From NCBI GenBank assembly GCA_016840855.1, contig JAEORO010000126.1:1-31734 (forward strand): a DNA stretch of 31,734 bases, given 5' to 3'. Every line of letters begins with the position of its first letter. Within the stretch, counting starts at the first letter, position 1. Below are positions 1 to 6,272 of this stretch, in pieces. Both the position numbers and the translations under genes were made by a program. Origin of the DNA: Candidatus Thorarchaeota archaeon (lineage in GTDB: Archaea > Asgardarchaeota > Thorarchaeia > Thorarchaeales > Thorarchaeaceae). The notes beneath the pieces were generated by a model. The model was not told the origin of the DNA. It worked only from the letters and a program-made list of their open reading frames with translations, and made no database searches.

Positions 1-57
1 AGGCCAACTAGGTACTCACTGCAATGGTCACTAGAAGATTTGGGCTCCGAGTGGTAA
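1..57 (+). CDS. possible 3' end of an upstream gene (RPTRYSLQWSLEDLGSEW*)
   Basis: Frame 1 is open from the window edge to TAA 55-57 and is followed by a strong hairpin and T-tract. Confidence 0.35.
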   Translation, partial: RPTRYSLQWSLEDLGSEW

Positions 58-67
58 AATACTAAGA

Positions 68-105
68 TGGAGGTGTAGTTTCCTACGCCTCCACACTTTT
101 ATTTT
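68..105 (+). terminator. hairpin plus T-tract, terminator-like
   Basis: TGGAGGTGTAG-tttc-CTACGCCTCCA, 11-bp stem with one G:U, followed by CACTTTTATTTT. Confidence 0.6.
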
Positions 106-166
106 CGACATATTTCTGAAATATCACACTGTATCTTGTGGTAGGTAGGTAAAGGTAGGTATCGGT

Positions 167-206
167 AAAAAAATTTGAAGGGGATTTATCATTTAAGAAC
201 CCCTTC
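167..206 (-). terminator. terminator for the 243..719 gene
   Basis: GAAGGGG (177-183)/CCCCTTC (200-206) stem; A7 at 167-173 reads as U7 on the minus strand. Confidence 0.55.
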
Positions 207-242
207 CACTACTTGGTCTAGCTTATTAATCGGTAACTTCAT

Positions 243-719
243 TCAGTTGAATTGGATATAACCTTCACTGTATCCTAACTCCCAATCGACAAAACCAACT
301 GTGTGGATCTTCCATCCAATCATATGCTCCCAAGCTTCAGAAGTATATGTCACGCGACCATTTATTGTGTATTGGTTTCTTGCATAGGTGAAAGACCCAT
401 CGTGATATCCTAGAATATCTACTTCGCCATCAACATCAAAGTCTATCCACCAGAATCCCCAGAATTTCTGTGTTGATAGTCCATCAGGTCCTAAGAATAT
501 TGCTCCAGTGTTGTTCCAAACGAGCTCTCCATGAATTCCTCCGTGAATACCTTCTGTCCATATATCTCCAATCCAAGTAGGGTTTAATGTTGGAGCGTTT
601 AAGTAACTCTCATTCCACCACCTGTACGGCTTGTGCGCATTCACTGGTACCACTGATACCAGAGCCACAAGGAAGACTATGCTTAGAGAACTCACGAACA
701 CTCTTTTTGATATTTTCAC
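243..719 (-). CDS. secreted hypothetical protein (signal peptide; Trp/Gly-rich, probably beta-rich)
   Basis: ORF 243..764. AGGAGGTGA RBS (727-735) favours GTG at 719. Basic-hydrophobic-AxA-type signal peptide (KISKRVFVSSLSIVFLVALVSVVPVNA). Confidence 0.8.
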   Translation of the reverse strand: MKISKRVFVSSLSIVFLVALVSVVPVNAHKPYRWWNESYLNAPTLNPTWIGDIWTEGIHGGIHGELVWNNTGAIFLGPDGLSTQKFWGFWWIDFDVDGEVDILGYHDGSFTYARNQYTINGRVTYTSEAWEHMIGWKIHTVGFVDWELGYSEGYIQFN

Positions 720-769
720 TTCTTTCTCACCTCCTTTCACATTTAATAGCATAACAACTCGCAACTTTC

Positions 770-804
770 TATTAAGTATTACGTATTACATATTAAATAT
801 TACA
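770..804. promoter_or_regulatory. TATA box plus tandem heptad array TATTA(A/C)(A/G) x5, candidate operator
   Basis: tattaag tattacg tattaca tattaaa tattaca in exact 7-bp register. The first unit is CTTAATA on the minus strand, at TATA distance from the 719 gene leader. Confidence 0.65.
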
Positions 805-873
805 TACTTCTCATGCAGGAACATATGTGAATCTATATTCATTCGAATCTTTCTGGATTGGCGATGAATGAGG

Positions 874-960
874 TGTGGTCAGGTCGCGGCAGAGCTCAAT
901 GTGGTAGGATTGGGGGGGAGTTATGTACATGAGGGCATGTTACGAAAGTTTAGGAGTACC
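874..960. repeat. copy 1 of ~100-nt structured non-coding repeat
   Basis: 874-947 matches 6078-6150 at 69/74 positions. A degenerate right end (ttctccgacatca) may lie at ~989-1001. Confidence 0.85.
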
Positions 961-1052
961 TTCAGACGAGGTGGTCCTCCAATAGAAATTCTCCGACATC
1001 ATGGTTTCGATTTATTAACTGGTGCTTCTATTTTTGAGCATTGTAACACAAC

Positions 1053-1277
1053 TCGGAAAGTGTATAAGACACCTCATCTTACAGACAGCATTGCGTTTAG
1101 GAAGTGGAGTCTAGTGAGTGTTGAGCTCCCTGAAGCTCAGATTCAGGCTGAACAGATGACGAGCTCTCTCTTGGAGAAGAAGATAAACTTCTACGATGTC
1201 CTGCATGTGGTGAAGCTATTGATAAGATTGCTCACGTTGGAGGATCGATCTACTTCTGTCCGCGTTGCCAGAGATGA
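1053..1277 (+). pseudogene. Fpg/Nei (MutM-family) DNA glycosylase 3' remnant with FPG-type zinc finger
   Basis: Codons 1197-1274 read CPACGEAIDKIAHVGGSIYFCPRCQR, then TGA 1275-1277. Frameshifted RKVYKT..ILQTALRLGS upstream resembles the preceding Fpg helix. In-frame stops upstream and no start codon. Confidence 0.7.
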
Positions 1278-3157
1278 TAATGAAAGAGGAGGTTATGTAC
1301 TTGAAAGGAAAATCGGAAACACGAGTAATCGCTGGAGCTTTCATTGTAATCTTTTTCTTCATGGCTTTTTCTCCAGCAATTCCTGTTCATGCTCAGGATG
1401 AACCGGAGGATACCAGGATTGGACCATATATTGACAAAGTTGTCTTCAAATATATCCAGGATAAGACGCAAGCAGTTCTTGCTCTTCAATCTGGTGACAT
1501 TGATCTTCTTGGGGACTGGATATGGTATGACAAACTAGCAGAGTTGGATGAAGACCCTGACATCAGTATCTACAGTGCATTACGATATGGCTATGGTCAT
1601 ATCACAATAAACTGTGGTAAGTATCCCTTAAACATCAGCGGTTTTAGAAGAGCGTTTGCCTATGCATACGACAAGGCTCGTTTTCAAACAGAAGTACTAG
1701 CCGGATACTCCCAGTTGCACGACTCACTTGTGCCATATTTGAATGATCGCTATTGTATTGAAGACCAGTTACTGTATCACTATTATAATCCCCATCCTGA
1801 AATCGGAAATCAGATTCTTGATGACCTTGGTTTTGAAATTGATCCTAATACTGGATATAGAAATGCACCTGATGGCTCCCAATTCAGGGTTGAAATCGTA
1901 TATGATTCAGTGTCTGAAAGAGTTGCAGGGTCCGCAGCTCGATATGGAGCAGATGCTCTAAATTCTCTTCATGTCGATGCCAAAGCTGTGGTAATGCCCT
2001 TCTCTGTTATTTTGTCAACACTCGATTTCCATTTAGACTATGACATGGCCTTTTTTGCGTTCAACTTCTTTGGATCTGATGTACTATGGTTAGAAGGATT
2101 GGGTTCCCAATATGTGGATGTTCCATATGTGAATGATCCCAATTTTGAAAACAACACCTATGATTCATGGTGTGATGTTCTTCGCTCCAGTATGACCTAT
2201 GAGGAGGCATATGAAGCAGCCACAGCGATGCAACTGATACTGCATGAGAGCGTCCCGAGACTTGTTGTTTATCAAAACTACTACACTCAACCATATAGGA
2301 ACGATGTCTTCACAGGTCATGTCGGGGACAGAGACAAGTATTTACATGGACAGTGGACATTTCGGAATGTTCGTAAGCTAGATGGATCCATAGGAGGGAT
2401 ATTCAAAGTGTCTTACGACTTGTCAACATTTTCACTAAATCCATTTTTGGATCGAGGAGACTTCCATAGCGATCTCTTATACCCCGGCCTTTATTCAATC
2501 GGACCCAATCACGAGTATATACCAAACATTGCTGAATCGATAGTTATGGAGACACATGCGGAAAATGAGGACGTTTTTGAGGGACACACGAGATTCACTG
2601 CGGAAATAATCAGGAGTGCAAGTTGGACTGATGGCACGCCTCTCAATGCCAGTGATATTGCGAATACATATACCTACATCTATGAAAGCGGCCATTTTGG
2701 GAATCCAGCTGCCGTATCAATTCTTGGTGGTCTAGTGGCAGCATATGCACCTACACCATACAAAGCTATAGTAGAATTTGACACCGAATCTATGTGGCAC
2801 TATAGCCGATTTGCTCTACAGCCAATCCTACCAAAACACATCTTCAATGATGTGGATGGAATAGGTTATGATGGATGGAGTACATGGGACCCAGGGTTCA
2901 ATCCCGAACATCCCTATATCACAGCTGGACCATTTTACTTTACAGACCTTCAGAGTGGTGACTTCTTTGAGTTCTCTGCAAATCCTAATTTCTGGTATCG
3001 CCCACAGAATAGCACAGATCCTATTTCAACTACTCCAATCACTACTCCAACCTTTAACACCTCCCTGGCCATCGCTAGTGGTGCTATCGGTGCGGCCGTG
3101 ACTGTTCTGGTCGGAGGATTCTGCCTATTCAGGATACGAGAACCAGTTGATGTTTAA
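1265..3157 (+). CDS. ABC transporter substrate-binding protein, family 5 (OppA/DppA-like), circularly permuted, with C-terminal membrane anchor
   Basis: Motifs PYIDKVVFKYIQD..LQSGDID, FRRAFAYA, PNIAES, WTDGTPLNASD, GPF..ANPNFW; signal peptide; Thr-rich linker plus TM. GGAGG at 1288-1292 suggests the real start is 1295 or 1301. Confidence 0.9.
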   Translation: MPEMIMKEEVMYLKGKSETRVIAGAFIVIFFFMAFSPAIPVHAQDEPEDTRIGPYIDKVVFKYIQDKTQAVLALQSGDIDLLGDWIWYDKLAELDEDPDISIYSALRYGYGHITINCGKYPLNISGFRRAFAYAYDKARFQTEVLAGYSQLHDSLVPYLNDRYCIEDQLLYHYYNPHPEIGNQILDDLGFEIDPNTGYRNAPDGSQFRVEIVYDSVSERVAGSAARYGADALNSLHVDAKAVVMPFSVILSTLDFHLDYDMAFFAFNFFGSDVLWLEGLGSQYVDVPYVNDPNFENNTYDSWCDVLRSSMTYEEAYEAATAMQLILHESVPRLVVYQNYYTQPYRNDVFTGHVGDRDKYLHGQWTFRNVRKLDGSIGGIFKVSYDLSTFSLNPFLDRGDFHSDLLYPGLYSIGPNHEYIPNIAESIVMETHAENEDVFEGHTRFTAEIIRSASWTDGTPLNASDIANTYTYIYESGHFGNPAAVSILGGLVAAYAPTPYKAIVEFDTESMWHYSRFALQPILPKHIFNDVDGIGYDGWSTWDPGFNPEHPYITAGPFYFTDLQSGDFFEFSANPNFWYRPQNSTDPISTTPITTPTFNTSLAIASGAIGAAVTVLVGGFCLFRIREPVDV

Positions 3158-3222
3158 CTTTGACCAGTCCCACAATCCAAAACACTGATTTAGTGTAAAT
3201 GTAATCATACGAAACCATTCAC

Positions 3223-4713
3223 GTGAGGTATTTGAGGGTGAAGCCACTCGGGATGATAACTGTATGTTTCCCACATGTCGACGCGGAAACAAGGAGAATT
3301 TTACAGTTTGCTATGGAAAAGGCAAAAAACCTTCGAAATTTTGCGGAGATTCTATGTGATATTGTTTGCAATGAGGAAGTCAACGACCTGACGACATATT
3401 TTGCATATGCTTCTACAATGGGTAACCACTTTCTAAATGCTAGAATACTAGGTGCTAGGGAACACACAGCTCTGACTTACCCCATTCTTTCTGGCGTTCG
3501 CGAAGAGTGGCAAATGAATATGACCTGGAATGATGCATTGAGAAACATGATCAAGTCTATTGAAGCTGCCCCAAATGACTGGTTAGCGTGTGGTTTCTAT
3601 ATTGGTTGGAGAATTGGTGTTGAGAGCATGTTTTCGGAGAGTGCTTCAGACTTCAGAGGATTGGAACCTTTGGAGAAGAAGATAGAAGAAGATGAAGAAT
3701 ACAGTTTCTTTCTCTCTTCACTCTTCAGGCTGAGAGCAAACAGACTCAGTAGAGAACGTAAGATAGATGAAGCAATCAAACTCTATGATCTTGCTATTGA
3801 GAACGCAAAAGAGCATGAAAATATCGCTGCACTACTGATGTGTCTAAATGAAAAAGCTAACCTGGTAAAGAGAATCGATGTGGACCAAGGACTGGACATT
3901 CTTGAAGAGCTTCGAAGTGTTAGTGAACAATGGGGAATTGATTTCGCGTTACATAATTATTATGAGCAATTGGCACATATCGCAATGGTAAGAGGTGAGT
4001 TCAACCTCTCAGTTCATTATCACATAGAACGATTTGAGATAGCAAAACAATTGGGTTGGCCCTTGTATCAACGAGGACCTAGGATTGCGCTACTATATAA
4101 CATGATGGGAAATGGAGCTAGAGCAATAGATTTGATCACTAGTCACAGAAACGAATTGCATAGTGATGAAGATCCATTTGTCCTTATGCAAGAAGCTTGG
4201 GCTATGGTGAATCTGGGGAATGTCAATGATGCAGAGCCTTTAATCCTGAAGGCTAAAGGAATCATCTTGAAGAGTCATGATGAGGTTCGTTTTGGATTAG
4301 TCTATCTTATTGAAGGACTCATGGAAAAGGCTCAGCAGGACTTCGCAAATGCAATGTTCACGTTAGAAAGAGCGCTAGATATCTTTGAGCGTAATTATAA
4401 TCTCGCATTCATAAACTTGGCATTGATTCACCTTTGCGACATCGAGATTGAAATCGTTGACTATGAGAAACGCAGAAAAAATGCAGACATCTCAGGTCCA
4501 TGGATGACAAGGCTAGAAAAATATGTTGAGAAGAATGACCTTGTTGCAATTGAAGGCCATCTGAAATTGTTAAAGGCGAAGTTCCTCTACAAACAGGCGA
4601 AGTTCAAACAATCAGAGAAGCTAGTTATCGAAGTCCGGAAGATTTCAAAGTCCCAAAGCATGGAATATCTTGAAGATGTGGTAAGAGTCCTAATCCCAGA
4701 AGTTCGGAAATAG
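3223..4713 (+). CDS. tetratricopeptide-repeat / helical-repeat protein
   Basis: Repeated TPR-like helices (EAIKLYDLAIE, LAHIAMVRGEFNLS, NAMFTLERALDIFE) in a long ORF. Confidence 0.8.
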   Translation: MRYLRVKPLGMITVCFPHVDAETRRILQFAMEKAKNLRNFAEILCDIVCNEEVNDLTTYFAYASTMGNHFLNARILGAREHTALTYPILSGVREEWQMNMTWNDALRNMIKSIEAAPNDWLACGFYIGWRIGVESMFSESASDFRGLEPLEKKIEEDEEYSFFLSSLFRLRANRLSRERKIDEAIKLYDLAIENAKEHENIAALLMCLNEKANLVKRIDVDQGLDILEELRSVSEQWGIDFALHNYYEQLAHIAMVRGEFNLSVHYHIERFEIAKQLGWPLYQRGPRIALLYNMMGNGARAIDLITSHRNELHSDEDPFVLMQEAWAMVNLGNVNDAEPLILKAKGIILKSHDEVRFGLVYLIEGLMEKAQQDFANAMFTLERALDIFERNYNLAFINLALIHLCDIEIEIVDYEKRRKNADISGPWMTRLEKYVEKNDLVAIEGHLKLLKAKFLYKQAKFKQSEKLVIEVRKISKSQSMEYLEDVVRVLIPEVRK

Positions 4714-4714
4714 A

Positions 4715-5083
4715 TCATCCTTTCATGACATCGAGAGCAATACCCTTTGCAGTGTCCTCAATCTCCTCAAGCTTGGACAGTTGTTCTTGTAGAAGATCGA
4801 ACTTGTCCTGTTGCGGGAGCAATGTCTTTTCTACAATTGCGGCCACAGCCTCTGATCTACTTTTGAAGATGTTGAGTTTGATGAGCATGTCCAGCAGTTG
4901 AATCACTCTGGTATCCAGTCGAGTCATGACTGGAACCTCTCGCTTAGATTCTGAATCATCGATCGACAGCTCTTTCAACATCTCATCCCTCAATGTGGGG
5001 GTTGATTCGGTTTTCTTCTTCTTCCGAGCCAATTCCTTTTCCTCTATTGGGAAATCTATTTCCACATTACTTCTTAAATCCAC
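4715..5083 (-). CDS. ribbon-helix-helix (CopG/MetJ-like) transcriptional regulator with C-terminal coiled coil
   Basis: VPVMTRLDTRVIQLLDMLIKLNIFKSRSEAVAAIVEKTL is a typical archaeal RHH. The start may be TTG 5032. Confidence 0.8.
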   Translation of the reverse strand: MDLRSNVEIDFPIEEKELARKKKKTESTPTLRDEMLKELSIDDSESKREVPVMTRLDTRVIQLLDMLIKLNIFKSRSEAVAAIVEKTLLPQQDKFDLLQEQLSKLEEIEDTAKGIALDVMKG

Positions 5084-5090
5084 CTCTCTA

Positions 5091-5116
5091 ATGTAATAAC
5101 GTAATATTTATTACAT
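5091..5116. promoter_or_regulatory. candidate RHH operator in a divergent promoter
   Basis: ATGTAATAA/TTATTACAT inverted repeat. Units TGTAATA (5092-5098), CGTAATA (5100-5106) and TATTACA (5109-5115) are the same heptad as at 777-804. Confidence 0.65.
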
Positions 5117-5161
5117 AAATACAATGTTACAGTGTTTAATAATGTTTACGGAGGCGAGCTA

Positions 5162-5977
5162 TTGAAGACAAACTTGCTAAAGATAACGGGTCTTGTTATC
5201 GGTCTGTGCTTTGTGCTGTCTCTACTCCCACAATCAACAGCTACAGTTGTGTGGAGTGATGATTTCAATGACCGAATCTATGATGGTTGGACTGTGACGC
5301 AAGGAGGATGGACTGAAACAAACCGTATATTGGAATCAGTATATGATGATGACTTCCGAACCTATGCCATAATATATCACGACAGTTCAACAACAGTAGG
5401 AACCTGGAGTTTTGACTACAAGCTATTTGGGGGTGGCACATATGTTTACACTACGATCCTTTTCATGGCAAATGGAACTGATCCCCCCTTCGATTACTAT
5501 GGTTACGGATTACGAATACGTGAATCCAGTGTGTACTTCGTGAAATCGTATGGAGACCAAAATCGGGCGTACCCCCTTGTGGATGGAACAGCATACTTCG
5601 ATGATGCCTGTGGAACATGGACTCACTTTGACATTACACGCAACTCTACTGGAGGATTCCATGTTTATATTAATGCAACATCAACTGAGGAAGAACCAGC
5701 ATTCTCAGTGGTCGACACGGAATATGACTACTCTGAACGTTTCGTAATTTACCACAGAGGAACAAATGATGCATGTATCGACAATCTTGTTGTGAGTGAT
5801 ACGATAGATATCACAACTCTCCCACCAACTTCAACTGATACTACCAGCGAAACACCAACAACAACCAACAGTGGAGCAACTACACCACCCCCTATGGACA
5901 TAACACTACTTCTCACTGGTGCGGGTGTCGCAGGGATAGTCATCATAGCTTCTGTTGTCTTCTTACGACGACGTTAG
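5162..5977 (+). CDS. secreted, membrane-anchored surface protein (possible ConA-like/DUF1080 beta-sandwich)
   Basis: ORF 5132..5977. GGAGG at 5150-5154 favours TTG 5162. Signal peptide, WSDDFND..YDGWTV..GGW, Thr-rich linker, TM and RRR tail. Confidence 0.8.
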   Translation: MKTNLLKITGLVIGLCFVLSLLPQSTATVVWSDDFNDRIYDGWTVTQGGWTETNRILESVYDDDFRTYAIIYHDSSTTVGTWSFDYKLFGGGTYVYTTILFMANGTDPPFDYYGYGLRIRESSVYFVKSYGDQNRAYPLVDGTAYFDDACGTWTHFDITRNSTGGFHVYINATSTEEEPAFSVVDTEYDYSERFVIYHRGTNDACIDNLVVSDTIDITTLPPTSTDTTSETPTTTNSGATTPPPMDITLLLTGAGVAGIVIIASVVFLRRR

Positions 5978-5994
5978 ATCAATTGAACGAATTG

Positions 5995-6035
5995 CCAGGA
6001 ACGCATAGTTCCTGGTCCTCTTTTTCTTCTTTCTA
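5995..6035 (+). terminator. terminator of the 5162..5977 gene
   Basis: CCAGGAAC-gcata-GTTCCTGG 8-bp stem followed by a pyrimidine/T tract. Confidence 0.6.
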
Positions 6036-6077
6036 TTTGGCCTTCCAATCCTCAGAAACTGAGATTAGCAATAATGT

Positions 6078-6178
6078 TGTGGTCAGGATGCGGCAGAGCT
6101 CAATGTGGTAGGAGGGGGGGGGAGTTATGTAATGAGGGCATGTTACGAAAACTAGGCCCTACCGGTTCTCTGACCACA
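6078..6178. repeat. copy 2 of structured repeat; candidate ncRNA or MITE-like element
   Basis: Terminal TGTGGTCAG/CTGACCACA 9-bp inverted repeat, inner GGTAGG/CCTACC pairing, G9 tract and inner GTAATG-aggg-CATGTTAC hairpin. Confidence 0.8.
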
Positions 6179-6182
6179 TATT

Positions 6183-6223
6183 TTCTTAGAAAGTCTGGCC
6201 TATTAAGCTTGCCTTTCTAAGAA
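6183..6223. other. 11-bp perfect inverted repeat (TTCTTAGAAAG/CTTTCTAAGAA) enclosing a TATA-like CTTAATA
   Basis: Read directly. Could be the kinase terminator and/or a promoter-operator for the adjacent element. Confidence 0.5.
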
Positions 6224-6272
6224 TAATTAACACACAATTAAGATGAGAAAAACAATCAATGCTCCATCAATA

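Noticed and set aside
1131-1151. In-frame TGAs upstream of the zinc finger as selenocysteine
   Set aside because: Not at Cys-homologous positions, accompanied by frameshifts, and no SECIS recognised
868-1401. 177-aa ORF on + strand
   Set aside because: It runs through the non-coding repeat and the Fpg remnant (whose zinc finger is in another frame) and overlaps the SBP start; no coherent protein
874-6178. Repeats as CRISPR array, integron attC or tRNA
   Set aside because: Only two copies 5.2 kb apart with no spacer periodicity; no RYYYAAC/GTTRRRY ends; no cloverleaf or T-loop
6074-6220. 48-aa ORF (MLWSGCGRAQCGRRGGELCNEGMLRK...) across repeat copy 2
   Set aside because: The frame is not preserved in copy 1 (1-nt indel) and there is no RBS; structure explains the conservation better
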